Source: Candidatus Omnitrophota bacterium (lineage in GTDB: Bacteria; Omnitrophota; Omnitrophia; Omnitrophales; Aquincolibacteriaceae). Taken from it: a stretch of DNA of 64,000 bases. The notes under the pieces are model-generated. The model made no database searches. It saw only the letters and a program-made list of their open reading frames with translations, and was not told the origin of the DNA. The translations under genes were made by a program, and so were the position numbers. The DNA is taken from positions 173 through 64,172 of the forward strand of contig CAIOAT010000003.1 in assembly GCA_903856085.1 (NCBI GenBank). The letters are read 5' to 3'. This document shows positions 30,099 to 42,651 of this stretch, one piece after another (positions within the stretch are counted from its first letter, which is position 1; each line of letters opens with the position of its first letter).

Positions 30099-30440
30099 AT
30101 GATGAACAGAACAGAAGTGAAGCGGGCTTTGGGAGTATTGGCCATTGCTGCATTTTTCTTCGGGGGTCTTTCCATGATCGCTGCGGAGAAGGTGCTGGCC
30201 AGTCAGCCTAAGGCGACTTTGCAGCTTCAAGGTCAGGACAAGCCTGCGGTGATGGTGAACATCAATAAAGCCACCACGGAAGAACTGATCAAGGTTCGGG
30301 GGATCGGACCGGTCATGGCCAAGCGGATCATCGAGCATCGCGATAAGAACGGCGCGTTTAAGTCGATCGACGATCTGACGCAAGTCCAGGGGATTGGTGG
30401 CAATAAGCTGCAGCGCATTAAAGATCAAATCATGGTCTAA
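30099..30440 (+). CDS. comEA: Competence protein ComEA (helix-hairpin-helix DNA-binding)
   Basis: Signal anchor, then HhH motifs (INKATTEELIKVRGIGPVMAKRIIEHR…QGIGGNKLQRIKD). AAGGAGG RBS 7 nt before the ATG at 30099. A TTGACA element at 30039-44 lies upstream. Confidence 0.75.
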   Translation: MMNRTEVKRALGVLAIAAFFFGGLSMIAAEKVLASQPKATLQLQGQDKPAVMVNINKATTEELIKVRGIGPVMAKRIIEHRDKNGAFKSIDDLTQVQGIGGNKLQRIKDQIMV

Positions 30441-30605
30441 AGCCTGATTGGAGACCCGTACGGAAAGGGGCAGATCCTGCATTTTGGGACTACCCCTCTT
30501 TCGCCGCCGTTTCTGGCTTCTGTTTAAATTTAAAAGTAGCCGGGCTTGTACGGACTCACCTGAGTGGAAGAAAAATGAGCATCAGCACGGAGGAAGGAGA
30601 TTGAT

Positions 30606-30929
30606 ATGGAATGCTTGCGACGGGGAAAAGATCAAAGCGTTGAAAATAGTTATCAGCGATGTCTTGCGAAAGCGATGGATAGGACTCATCAGTTGCTTCG
30701 CGAAAAGGAAGCGGCGCCTGATTATGAAAGGATCCATTCTGTGAAAGCCATTCTTTATGCGGCTATTGAACAGGCGGGAATGGAGACGGATCGGCTGATT
30801 TCGGCCCAGGAGTTGCTTCGCGAACTTTTGACGCTTGTTGCTTTGCAGGCCGACCCCGTCCGGTGTGAGAGGCACGAAGCGCTGAAGATCCTTGGGGAGC
30901 TCACGACTCGCCATCACCTGGGAGGGTGA
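30606..30929 (+). CDS. Hypothetical helical protein (107 aa)
   Basis: Open frame with moderate coding signal and no recognisable domain. An alternative overlapping ORF is 30448..30744. Confidence 0.3.
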   Translation: MECLRRGKDQSVENSYQRCLAKAMDRTHQLLREKEAAPDYERIHSVKAILYAAIEQAGMETDRLISAQELLRELLTLVALQADPVRCERHEALKILGELTTRHHLGG

Positions 30930-31049
30930 GATGAAAAGCGTTTTTTATCCGTAGCACGTCCTCAGCTTGATTCGCCATTGGGTTTTTGTTACAATGCCGC
31001 CTCTTTGAAGAACCGTTTTAAACCCGCTAAGGACCTTTCAGGGAAGACG

Positions 31050-31961
31050 ATGCCTAAACCTTTGACGTTCCAGGAGTTAATACAAAAGCTGAACGACTAT
31101 TGGGCGAAGCAGGGCTGCCTTGTGATGCAGCCGTACGATATCGAAGTCGGTGCCGGAACTTTTTCCCCGAATACATTTCTGCGGGCCCTGGGCCCCGAGC
31201 CCTGGAAAGCCGCCTATGTTGAGCCCTCTCGCAGGCCGACGGATGGCCGCTATGGTGAAAATCCCCACAGGACTCAGCATTATTATCAATACCAGGTCAT
31301 TTTGAAACCGTCCCCCGGGAATCCCCAGGAACTTTATCTGAATAGCCTTCGTGCGGTCGGTATCGATCCTCTTGCTCATGATATCCGTTTCGTGGAAGAC
31401 GACTGGGAATCTCCGACGCTTGGGGCGTGGGGGCTTGGTTGGGAAGTATGGCTCGACAGTCTTGAGATCACGCAATTCACTTATTTTCAGCAATGCGGTT
31501 CGATCGATCTGGATGTGATCTCTTGCGAGATTACCTATGGCTTGGAACGCATCGCCATGTTTCTGCAGCAAAAAGATTCTTTGTTCGATATCCAGTGGAA
31601 TGACAAGGTCACCTACGGCGATGTCCATTTGCAAGGAGAGCGGGAATTCTCGAAATTTAATTTCGAGGGATCAGACCCCGAGATCTACCGTCGCCATTTC
31701 GAGGATTATGAGAAACAGGCCGTGCGCTTACTCGAAGGAGGGATGGTCCTGCCGGCGTATGATTGCTGCCTCAAGACCTCGCATATTTTTAATCTTCTCG
31801 ATGCCCGCGGCGCCGTGAGCGTGAATGAACGTCCTCGGTATATTGCCCGCGTCCGGGCCCTGGCCCGCCGTTGTGCGGAAGGGTATCTTGAAAGCCGCAA
31901 GGCGCAGAATTTTCCACTGATTAAGCAAAAACCTGCCTACCGGCAGGCAGGGAAGAAATAA
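31050..31961 (+). CDS. glyQ: Glycine--tRNA ligase alpha subunit
   Basis: [23 protein letters not shown]…QPYD.EVGAGTF…. Start at residue 25 of the track ORF. Confidence 0.9.
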   Translation: MPKPLTFQELIQKLNDYWAKQGCLVMQPYDIEVGAGTFSPNTFLRALGPEPWKAAYVEPSRRPTDGRYGENPHRTQHYYQYQVILKPSPGNPQELYLNSLRAVGIDPLAHDIRFVEDDWESPTLGAWGLGWEVWLDSLEITQFTYFQQCGSIDLDVISCEITYGLERIAMFLQQKDSLFDIQWNDKVTYGDVHLQGEREFSKFNFEGSDPEIYRRHFEDYEKQAVRLLEGGMVLPAYDCCLKTSHIFNLLDARGAVSVNERPRYIARVRALARRCAEGYLESRKAQNFPLIKQKPAYRQAGKK

Positions 31962-31963
31962 TC

Positions 31964-34063
31964 ATGCCCAATTTATTGATCGAGATCGGTGTCGAAGAAC
32001 TGCCGGTGGGAGCGCTGGACGTCATTTATGACGAGCTGGCCGCGAAGACACGTCAGAAACTGGTGGATGAACGCATCGCTTTTGCGGAAGTAAAAGTGGA
32101 AGCGACTCCTCGCCGCATTGCGCTTTTTGTCCAAGGCATTGCCGCGATGCAGCCGGACCGGGAACTCGAGATCTCGGGTCCTTCTTATGAGAAATGTTAT
32201 GACGTCCAGGGGAAATCCACGGTGGTGCTTCAAGGTTTTCTCAGAAGTAAACAGGCCGCGGAAAAAGATATCGAGGTCCGGGAAACGCCCAAGGGAAAAT
32301 TTATCTTTCTGAAGAAAAAAGAAAAAGGTGGGGTCGTGGCGACCCTTCTTCCGGGGCTGATCCAGGGACTGTTCGCCTCTCTTTCTTTCCCCAAGCTCAT
32401 GCGTTGGGAGCCGTCGGGATTCCGTTTTCCGCGTCCCATCCGGTGGCTGGTCGTTCTGATGGACACCAAAAAGATCCCGCTCATGCTTGCCGATGTGAAG
32501 TCCGGCAACAAGAGTTTGGGTCACCGTTTCCTTTCGCCGCAAAGTTTCACAATCCTGAAAGCCGATTGGAAGGCGTATGTCGCGCTTCTGAAAAAGAAAC
32601 ATGTTTCTCTGCCGATCGAAACGCGCGAGGCTTTGGTTCGCGGAACTCTTAAAAATCGCTTCAAGCAGAAACAGAGCGACGACGAATTAGCGCATATGAA
32701 TGCCCAGCTCGTGGAAGAGCCGTTCTTTTTGGAAGGGACTTTTTCGCAGGAATATCTCGAACTTCCCGCGGAAGTGCTTGCGAGTTGCATGAAAAAGAAC
32801 CAGAAGATCTTTGCTTGCTACGACCCCAAAGGGAAGATGCATAACCGTTTTGTGGCCGTGATGAACGGGAAACGGAACGGCCTTGCGAAGATCCGTTCGG
32901 ATTATGAAAATGTCCTGGATTCGCGATTAAAAGATGCCCGCTATTTTTATGAAATGGACACGCGCGAAACGTTCGAAAAGAAGAAGTCCAAACTTGCCGA
33001 GCTCGTTTATCTGGGTAAACTCGGTTCTGTGCTCGATAAGACCGAACGGCTTGAAAAATTGGCGCCGGAATTTTCGAAAGCGGTAGGCCATCCGGCGCTC
33101 GCAGAAGACCTCAAGCGAGTTGCCAGCCTTTCCAAGATCGATCTTGTGACCCATCTTGTTTATGAAATGCCGGATCTTCAGGGAATCGTGGGCCGGGAAT
33201 ACGCCCGTGAAGCTAAAGAAAAGGAAGAGGTGGCGTTAGCCATCGGCACTCAATACCTCCCCAAAAACCTGACGGAAGATCATTCGAAGGTTAAAAAGTC
33301 TATAAGCCTTCCCGGAGCGCTCTTCGGGATCATGGATCGGCTGGATCTTTTGGTCGGGGCGCTGGGCACGGGCATTGAACCTACGGGAAGCCAGGACCCG
33401 TTCGCGTTGCGCCGGGCCGGTGGCAATGTGGTGAAACTTATTCGTGCATTTGAGATCTCTTTCCCATTGGCCAAGGTAATCGATGAGGATGTGAAGTTGT
33501 ACGCTGAAAAGCTGTCCAAAAAGGACGATCTGAAATCAAGACTGCTTAAGTTCCTGCAGGAGCGTGTGTCCTTTGAATTGGGCGTGAAGCCCGGCACGAG
33601 GCCCTATGAGATCTTGCAGGCCGTTATGCGTTCATCCTTTGAGGATATCGCGGATGTGTTCAAAAGGTTTGAGGTTCTGACCGGGATGGATCAGAAAATT
33701 TTGATCAAGGCGGCTAAAGTGATCCAGCGCACGGCGAATATGTTGAAAGGTTATGGCAAAATGCCCGGGGAGCCGAAAGAGGAGCTTTTAGTCGAGGCGG
33801 AGGAGAAGAAGCTTTTCGAATTGTTCCGCACGAGGTCCAAAGACGTCGCCGAGCCCCTCGAAAAAGGGGAATATGAAAAGGCGACGCGGCTTTTCGCGGA
33901 CCTTTTTTCTGTGCCGCTGAATGATTTTTTTGACCATGTTCTGGTGAATGCGGAGGACGCGGTTTTACGTGAGAATCGGATGGCGCTTGTTGCCAGGGTA
34001 AACCATCTTTACACGGCCCGGATCGCCGATCTTTCGGCACTATCCAGAATTGACGAAGAGTGA
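31964..34063 (+). CDS. glyS: Glycine--tRNA ligase beta subunit
   Basis: MPNLLIEIGVEELPV… GlyS N-terminus, about 700 aa. Immediately downstream of glyQ. Confidence 0.9.
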   Translation: MPNLLIEIGVEELPVGALDVIYDELAAKTRQKLVDERIAFAEVKVEATPRRIALFVQGIAAMQPDRELEISGPSYEKCYDVQGKSTVVLQGFLRSKQAAEKDIEVRETPKGKFIFLKKKEKGGVVATLLPGLIQGLFASLSFPKLMRWEPSGFRFPRPIRWLVVLMDTKKIPLMLADVKSGNKSLGHRFLSPQSFTILKADWKAYVALLKKKHVSLPIETREALVRGTLKNRFKQKQSDDELAHMNAQLVEEPFFLEGTFSQEYLELPAEVLASCMKKNQKIFACYDPKGKMHNRFVAVMNGKRNGLAKIRSDYENVLDSRLKDARYFYEMDTRETFEKKKSKLAELVYLGKLGSVLDKTERLEKLAPEFSKAVGHPALAEDLKRVASLSKIDLVTHLVYEMPDLQGIVGREYAREAKEKEEVALAIGTQYLPKNLTEDHSKVKKSISLPGALFGIMDRLDLLVGALGTGIEPTGSQDPFALRRAGGNVVKLIRAFEISFPLAKVIDEDVKLYAEKLSKKDDLKSRLLKFLQERVSFELGVKPGTRPYEILQAVMRSSFEDIADVFKRFEVLTGMDQKILIKAAKVIQRTANMLKGYGKMPGEPKEELLVEAEEKKLFELFRTRSKDVAEPLEKGEYEKATRLFADLFSVPLNDFFDHVLVNAEDAVLRENRMALVARVNHLYTARIADLSALSRIDEE

Positions 34064-34122
34064 TATAATCCGCGCTCTTCCATCCTTGTCTGAGGCGTCA
34101 TTTCTAGAATATTGACAGGGAT

Positions 34123-34165
34123 GGCCCCAATTTCAACTTCGTTGAAATTGATAAGTATTGGGACC
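34123..34165. repeat. Hairpin repeat, H-type copy 2
   Basis: ggccccaatttcaacttcgttgaaattgataagtattgggacc. Same length and flanks as 16664..16706, with paired compensatory substitutions in the inner stem. Confidence 0.5.
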
Positions 34166-34302
34166 AGACCTCTTTTAAGACCCCTGAAGGTCCTTCAGAG
34201 GGGAGTGTTTTAACTGATTCGCCATATAACGTGGCGGATTAATTTCGCCCCGCCTTCTGCATATTGCAGAACGCAGCGGGGCTCATTTAAAAAGGAGCTA
34301 CC

Positions 34303-36981
<2,679 letters not shown>

Positions 36982-36994
36982 GCCCGCGTTCTTC

Positions 36995-37072
36995 TAGTAC
37001 CGTTTTTCGTTTGTTTTTATGGGTGAACGGTACAGTACTGCGAGCCCATAAAATCAATCGCAACGCAGTACT
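36995..37072. repeat. Composite intergenic repeat: D-type (reverse) overlapping B-type
   Basis: ctagtaccgtttttcgtttgtttttatgggtgaacggtac is the reverse complement of the D module. It is followed by gaacggtacagtactgcgagcccataaaatcaatcgcaacgcagtact (B module). Confidence 0.5.
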
Positions 37073-37125
37073 AGGAAATTGATCCTGAGCCCCTCCCCAA
37101 AGAGGGGCAGAGGAACCCTGATCTT

Positions 37126-38295
37126 ATGGTAGGTAAAAAAAAGAAAAAAAACGAGCTTCGTCCCGAGCGCGGGACTAGGCAGAAACATCTTCTGAAGAAA
37201 GCCGGGCGCGGACGCCTTAAGCGTTCCCGCCCTGTTTCTCACGTCCCCGAGTCTTCGCAGCCCAAGAAACATCCCAAGGCAAAATCTCTGGCTCCTCTCA
37301 AAGATACCGAGGCTCTTCTGCTCCGTGAAATAGAGCTTCAGAAAGAGGCGGAGAATATCCTCAAGGTTGAAGGGGGGCTTGACCGTCGCAAGAGTGAACG
37401 TGAGGATGATGAGCCGGATGCCCATGCGGATGACGCAATAGATCAAACTCTTGACCGTACGACCATGAGGATCTATCTCGATCAGATCGAGCATATCCCG
37501 CTCTTGACTCCTGAGGAAGAGATCTCTCTAGGAGAAAAAGTCCAGGCGGGCGGCGCGCGGGGTGAGGAGGCGCGGCTACGCATGATCCGCTCGAATCTCC
37601 GTTTGGTGATATTGCTCGCGAAGCGCTATGCCCACATGGGTCTTGCTTTTTCGGATCTCGTAGAAGAAGGCAATATCGGTCTCATGCGTGCGGTGGAAAA
37701 ATTCGATCCGAAAAGGGGCTACCGTTTTTCGACGTATGCTTCCTGGTGGATCAAACAGGGCATGATGCGCTCCCTTTCCAATCAGGGAAAAACGATCCGC
37801 ATTCCCGTTTATATGTACGGCATTATTTCCAAGTGGCGCCGGGTCCGGGATGCTTTAATGCAACGTCTCAGCCGGATGCCGACGCGGCGGGAAATCGCAA
37901 AAGTCCTTGAGATCCCGACTGCGAAAGTCAAAGAGATCGAAAGTATTGTGAACCGTCCGAGTTCGCTCAATACGCCGCTCAGTCTCGACGGTACGGCCGA
38001 ACTGATCGATATGCTCGAGGATGGCAAAGAACGCAATCCGGACTCGCAGGTCGGTGAAATGCTGAAAAGCGACCGGATTCGCAAGCTGTTGGGGGTTTTG
38101 GATGACCGGGAACGTGAGGTTTTGGAGCGCCGGTTCGGGCTGGTCCATCATGACCCGCATACGCTGGCCGAGGTCGCTCAACATTTCAATGTCACCCGGG
38201 AGCGTATCCGGCAGATCGAAGGCATCGTTCTCAAGAAAGTCCGCGCTCAGCTCGTTTTGGAAGGCGACCAGTTCGAGAATTATCTTCCGCACTAA
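37126..38295 (+). CDS. RNA polymerase sigma-70 family factor (RpoD-like, regions 1.2-4)
   Basis: Region 2 (…LVILLAKRYAHMGLAFSDLVEEGNIGLMRAVEKFDP.RGYRFSTYASWWIKQ…), region 3 and region 4 (…LTLAEVAQHFNVTRERIRQIE…). Confidence 0.85.
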   Translation: MVGKKKKKNELRPERGTRQKHLLKKAGRGRLKRSRPVSHVPESSQPKKHPKAKSLAPLKDTEALLLREIELQKEAENILKVEGGLDRRKSEREDDEPDAHADDAIDQTLDRTTMRIYLDQIEHIPLLTPEEEISLGEKVQAGGARGEEARLRMIRSNLRLVILLAKRYAHMGLAFSDLVEEGNIGLMRAVEKFDPKRGYRFSTYASWWIKQGMMRSLSNQGKTIRIPVYMYGIISKWRRVRDALMQRLSRMPTRREIAKVLEIPTAKVKEIESIVNRPSSLNTPLSLDGTAELIDMLEDGKERNPDSQVGEMLKSDRIRKLLGVLDDREREVLERRFGLVHHDPHTLAEVAQHFNVTRERIRQIEGIVLKKVRAQLVLEGDQFENYLPH

Positions 38296-38343
38296 GCCTT
38301 CTGCTTTTTCCAACGCTGTTTAAATATTTCAAAAGGAGTTCTC

Positions 38344-38865
38344 ATGGACCTGAAAGCGCTTAAATCCAAAGTTCGCAATATCCCCGATTTCCCCAAAAAA
38401 GGCATCCTTTTCCGGGATATCACACCGCTTCTCAAGGACTCGAAATCACTCCGGGAGATCATTGCCCGGTTGGCGCGGTCCTTGAAAGGGAAAAAGATCA
38501 GCGCGGTCGTGGGGATCGAATCGCGCGGTTTTATCTTTGGGACAGCGCTTGCGACGAAACTCGGGGTGGGTTTTATCCCGATCCGCAAGAAGGGAAAACT
38601 GCCTTGGAAGACCAAGCGGATCGCCTGCACGCTTGAATATGGCGAAGAGATCCTTGAGATCCATCAGGACGCGGTCAAGCGCGGCGAAAAGGTTGTGATC
38701 GTGGACGATCTTCTTGCGACGGGGGGAACGGCCGCGGCCGCCGCGGAGCTTGTGGAAAGCATTGGCGGAAAGGTGGCCAAGCTCGCGTTCGTCATCGAAT
38801 TGGGATTTCTCAACGGGCGTAAAAAACTGAAGAATCACGACGTATTTTCACTGATAAATTATTGA
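38344..38865 (+). CDS. apt: Adenine phosphoribosyltransferase
   Basis: …FRDITPLL…VVGIESRGFIFG…VIVDDLLATGGTA… PRTase motifs. Confidence 0.9.
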   Translation: MDLKALKSKVRNIPDFPKKGILFRDITPLLKDSKSLREIIARLARSLKGKKISAVVGIESRGFIFGTALATKLGVGFIPIRKKGKLPWKTKRIACTLEYGEEILEIHQDAVKRGEKVVIVDDLLATGGTAAAAAELVESIGGKVAKLAFVIELGFLNGRKKLKNHDVFSLINY

Positions 38866-38895
38866 AAACGGGGAACAGCGAGCGTTTTTTAAATT

Positions 38896-38969
38896 GCCCC
38901 CATAGCTCAATTGGATAGAGCATCGCCTTCCTAAGGCGAGGGTTGCATGTTCGATTCATGCTGGGGGCA
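38896..38969 (+). tRNA. tRNA-Arg (anticodon CCT)
   Basis: GCCCCCA acceptor stem with its TGGGGGC complement, D-arm GCTC…GAGC, anticodon stem-loop TCGCC-TTCCTAA-GGCGA (CCT), T-arm GCATG-TTCGATT-CATGC, discriminator A. No encoded CCA. Confidence 0.85.
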
Positions 38970-39081
38970 CTAAATCCGAATAAGTTAGTGTGGCGCCGTC
39001 GAATCCTAATGAAAGCCTCGTGCGGTGACCGTAGTGATTTTTTTCACGAAATATTATTCCAAAGAGCTCAAAAAGGCGGGA

Positions 39082-39612
39082 ATGGAAATGCGAAAATTTG
39101 AAAAAGTATCCTTTTTTTGGATCTTGGCCGCTCTTTTTTTGTTTCCGGTAGGAACTGCCATCGGTCAGGATGTGGCAGAGCCTTCGAGGAAAGCCGAAGA
39201 ACCGGCGCCGAAATCTGATCTTGATAAATTGAAGACGGAATGGGAAGCCGTTCGCGAGCAACAGATTCAGATGCTCCTCGAAAAAGAAAGGCAACTGGAA
39301 AAGCTCAAGGAAGAGATCTTTGCCAAGATGAAGGCCTTGAATGTTCCGGCAACGCCTCAATCCGGCAAGTCTCAACCTGTATCTGCGAGTGATCCCAGTC
39401 TCGTTCCTCAGGGTGAAACGGTTCCTGACAGCAGTTCCGAACTTGAGGTCCAAAAATCGTCTTTCCAGGCTGAACGTCAAAAGTTTTTTGCGGAAATGAG
39501 TCGCCAAAAAGAAAGTCTTCGCCAGCTTCAATCCTCTCTCGATCAAAAGGCCAAACAGCTTGCTGCGGAACGGGAACGTTTTGAACAGGAAAAAAAGACG
39601 GCAGGCCGTTAG
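39082..39612 (+). CDS. Hypothetical secreted coiled-coil protein (Gln/Glu/Lys-rich)
   Basis: Signal peptide MEMRKFEKVSFFWILAALFLFPVGTAIG, then a long charged helical region. Start at residue 20 of the track ORF after an AAGGCGGG RBS. Confidence 0.5.
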   Translation: MEMRKFEKVSFFWILAALFLFPVGTAIGQDVAEPSRKAEEPAPKSDLDKLKTEWEAVREQQIQMLLEKERQLEKLKEEIFAKMKALNVPATPQSGKSQPVSASDPSLVPQGETVPDSSSELEVQKSSFQAERQKFFAEMSRQKESLRQLQSSLDQKAKQLAAERERFEQEKKTAGR

Positions 39613-39624
39613 CCTTCCTCGCTC

Positions 39625-40167
39625 ATGCCGGATAAAACTTTCCTTAGAAAAGCACTCCTGGGAAAAATGAAAAATGTCCCGCTTCTTTCGCGGCACATGA
39701 AAAGCCGTCGGATCCTCCGGAAATTGTCCCAAGAACCCGTTTTCCGAAAAGCGGAACACGTTGCGTTTTATTATGGGATCGCCCCCGAGGTGGAGACGAA
39801 GCCTTACCTTAAAAAGATCTTGAAGGATAAAAGGATCTATCTTCCGAGGGTCGGTCCGAGGAAGTCCCTGACATTGCGCCGTGTTCGTTCGCTTTCCCGG
39901 GACCTGAAAAAAGGCGCTTACAACATCATGGAGCCTAAGGTGTTTTGTGAGAAACGGGCGGCGAACCAAATGGATCTCATCATTGTCCCCGGCGTGGCTT
40001 TTGACAAGAGAGGCGGGCGTCTGGGGCGGGGCGGTGGTTACTACGACCGGCTTCTCCGGAAGGCCGGGAAAGTCATCAAGGTCGGGTTGTGCTTCCGGGA
40101 ACAGCTTGTAAAAAAAGTTCCGATGCAAGCGCACGATATGAGAGTGGACAAAGTCATTACGGACTAG
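39625..40167 (+). CDS. 5-formyltetrahydrofolate cyclo-ligase
   Basis: …DLIIVPGVAFDKRGGRLGRGGGYYDRLL… hallmark of the MTHFS family. Confidence 0.8.
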   Translation: MPDKTFLRKALLGKMKNVPLLSRHMKSRRILRKLSQEPVFRKAEHVAFYYGIAPEVETKPYLKKILKDKRIYLPRVGPRKSLTLRRVRSLSRDLKKGAYNIMEPKVFCEKRAANQMDLIIVPGVAFDKRGGRLGRGGGYYDRLLRKAGKVIKVGLCFREQLVKKVPMQAHDMRVDKVITD

Positions 40168-40225
40168 TCTTAATGCTTATCAACCGGGTGTTTCTCGCCG
40201 CAGGTTTGAATTTACGGAGAAGAAA

Positions 40226-41464
40226 ATGTTGAAAAAAAACGATGGCTCGCTTTTCTGTGAAAACACGGAGGCCCGCCAGATCCTTACCGTCAGCCAGCTG
40301 AACCGGAAGAGCCGTTCGCTGCTGGAATCCCAGCTTTCCGGGGTTTGGGTGGAAGGGGAGATCTCGAATTTTAAGCATCATAGCTCCGGGCACATGTATC
40401 TGACGCTCAAAGACGAGAATGCGCAGATCTCCGCGGCTTTTTTCAGCCAGTATCAGCGCAATCTGAAATTTGAATTAAAAGATGGGCTCAAGATCCTGGC
40501 GTTCTGCCGTGTCTCCATTTACGAAGCGCGCGGGCAGTACCAGCTTTACATTGAACGTGTGGAGCCGCAGGGTGTCGGGGCGCTTCAGCTTGCCTTTCAG
40601 CAACTCAAAGAACGATTAGCCAAAGAGGGGCTGTTTAACGAAGAGCGGAAGCGGTCCATCCCCAGGTTCCCGAAGATCGTGGGCGTGGTCACTTCACCCA
40701 CCGGGGCTGCGATCCATGATATTTTAAACGTGGTGAACCGCCGGTTTTGTGGGACGCATGTGCTCCTCTATCCTGTCAAAGTGCAGGGCGAAGGTGCGGC
40801 CGGGGAGATTGCGGCGGCCATCGAGACAATGAACGAACGCTCCGAGGTCGACGTCCTGATCGTGGGACGAGGCGGCGGCAGCCTCGAGGATCTTTGGGCT
40901 TTTAACGAAGAGGCGGTTGCGCGCGCAGTTTTTGGATCGCATATTCCTGTGATCTCTGCGGTGGGGCATGAAAGTGATTGGACGATTTGTGATCTTGTCG
41001 CGGACCTTCGGGCGCCGACGCCATCGGCTGCTGCGGAACTTGTCGTTTCAAGCCGGCTTGAACTCGAAGAGCGTTTACGCGGGCGCAGGGAAAGATTGGA
41101 TTTCGCGATGAACGGGATGTTTGAGCGCTATCAGGAACAGCTCTCGAACCTTGCTTCCAGCGCGGCGTTCAGACAACCGCAGTATCTTCTGGATCAGTTT
41201 ACCGGACGGGTGGATGAACTGGGCCGGCAGATGGAAGGTCGTCTGGCGGGTCTTGTGGGCTCGAAGTCGCAGATCTTTCACGGCGTGACGGGACGATTGA
41301 ACGCGCTCAATCCGCTTGCGATCCTCGACCGCGGTTATTCCGTGAGTTTTAATGAAAAAGACGAGATCGTCAAAAATGTCCAGCAGGTTTCCGTGGGGGA
41401 TGTGATGCGGACCCGGCTTCATCAAGGTTCTTTGATCTCGAAAGTTACTGCCATCACCAAATAA
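40226..41464 (+). CDS. xseA: Exodeoxyribonuclease VII large subunit
   Basis: N-terminal OB fold (…GVWVEGEISNFK.HSSGHMYLTLKDE…) plus catalytic domain (…VVTSPTGAAIHDIL…). Confidence 0.9.
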   Translation: MLKKNDGSLFCENTEARQILTVSQLNRKSRSLLESQLSGVWVEGEISNFKHHSSGHMYLTLKDENAQISAAFFSQYQRNLKFELKDGLKILAFCRVSIYEARGQYQLYIERVEPQGVGALQLAFQQLKERLAKEGLFNEERKRSIPRFPKIVGVVTSPTGAAIHDILNVVNRRFCGTHVLLYPVKVQGEGAAGEIAAAIETMNERSEVDVLIVGRGGGSLEDLWAFNEEAVARAVFGSHIPVISAVGHESDWTICDLVADLRAPTPSAAAELVVSSRLELEERLRGRRERLDFAMNGMFERYQEQLSNLASSAAFRQPQYLLDQFTGRVDELGRQMEGRLAGLVGSKSQIFHGVTGRLNALNPLAILDRGYSVSFNEKDEIVKNVQQVSVGDVMRTRLHQGSLISKVTAITK

Positions 41465-41475
41465 GGGGATAGAAC

Positions 41476-41784
41476 ATGACCGAAAAATTTCAATTTGAGA
41501 AAGCATTGGAAGATCTTGAAAAGATCGTGGAAGCCATGGAAAGCGGGGAGCTGACGCTTGACCAGGCACTTAAGAAATACGAGGAAGGCGTCGGGTTGGT
41601 GCGGGCCTGTCAGTCGAAGCTCACCGAAACGGAAAAGAGGATCGAGGTGCTGACCAAGACCTTGGACGGTTCGCTTAAGAAAGAGGCGTTCGATCCTGAG
41701 GATGCGCCGCACGGTGCGGTGAAGACCAAAAAGAAGAAAGCTTCTTTCGAAGAGGGTGACGAGAAGCTTAGCGATGAGGATTAA
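41476..41784 (+). CDS. xseB: Exodeoxyribonuclease VII small subunit
   Basis: MTEKFQFEKALEDLEKIVEAMESGELTLDQALKKYEEGVGLVRACQ is an XseB signature. Sits right after xseA. Confidence 0.85.
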   Translation: MTEKFQFEKALEDLEKIVEAMESGELTLDQALKKYEEGVGLVRACQSKLTETEKRIEVLTKTLDGSLKKEAFDPEDAPHGAVKTKKKKASFEEGDEKLSDED

Positions 41785-41787
41785 CAC

Positions 41788-42609
41788 GTGACTTACGAGC
41801 AATGCTTCAAACGCCATCGGGCGTTCATAGAAAAAAAACTGAAGGGCATGCTGCGTGCTCAGGAAGCCCGTCCTCTGAGTATCCATAAGGCCATGCAGTA
41901 TGCGGTCTTTACGGGCGGGAAGAGATTCCGGCCGGTGCTGGTGCTGAGCGCTTGTGAGGCGTGCGGCGGGAAGCCTCAAGACGCCATGGGGGCGGCTCTG
42001 GCTGTCGAGTTGATCCATACTTATTCGCTGGTGCATGATGATCTTCCGGCGCTGGATAATGACGCTACCCGGCGTGGAAAACCCACCTGCCACAAAAAAT
42101 TCGGCGAAGCGAACGCGATCCTGGCGGGCGATGCTCTTTTGACTTTAGCGTTTGAGTTCATTGCCGGGATCAAGCCTGCGCAGCGGGCAGTCCAAGTCCT
42201 GCGCGAAGTAGCCATAGCCGCCGGGGTGCGTGGTATGATCGGCGGGCAAGTTGCGGACCTGGAAGCTCCTGCAAAGAAAAAGACGCTCGCGGAGCACGAC
42301 TTTATCAGCCGTTACAAGACGGGCGCTCTCATCCGCGTTAGCGCGGTGGCCGGAGCAATCGCTGCAGGTGCCGCCCCGCATGAACTCAAAGCCATGACCC
42401 GCTATGGAGAATGCTTAGGACTTGCGTTCCAGGTCGTAGATGATATTCTGGATGAGGACGGTTATTGTAAAGCGATGAGCATCCCGGCGGCTACCCAGAA
42501 AGCGGTCCGTCTTATCGGACAGGCGAAAAAAGAAGTAAAAATGTTGGGTCGTAAGGCGCAAGCCCTTAGGCTTTTAGCGGATTTTTTGATGCAAAGAATA
42601 CCCCAGTAA
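41788..42609 (+). CDS. ispA: (2E,6E)-farnesyl diphosphate synthase / geranyltranstransferase
   Basis: First DDxxD (LVHDDLPALDNDATRRGKPT) and second DDxxD (FQVVDDILD) motifs. GTG start. In the conserved xseB-ispA-dxs arrangement. Confidence 0.85.
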   Translation: MTYEQCFKRHRAFIEKKLKGMLRAQEARPLSIHKAMQYAVFTGGKRFRPVLVLSACEACGGKPQDAMGAALAVELIHTYSLVHDDLPALDNDATRRGKPTCHKKFGEANAILAGDALLTLAFEFIAGIKPAQRAVQVLREVAIAAGVRGMIGGQVADLEAPAKKKTLAEHDFISRYKTGALIRVSAVAGAIAAGAAPHELKAMTRYGECLGLAFQVVDDILDEDGYCKAMSIPAATQKAVRLIGQAKKEVKMLGRKAQALRLLADFLMQRIPQ

Positions 42610-42651
42610 TGCAATTTAAAGCAAAGTAGGATCGTTAGGAACGAGAGACGT

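Noticed and set aside
30448-30744. ORF 30448..30744 (98 aa), an alternative to 30606..30929
   Set aside because: It overlaps the slightly better-supported downstream frame. It has a basic, low-complexity translation and no RBS. It was kept only as a note.
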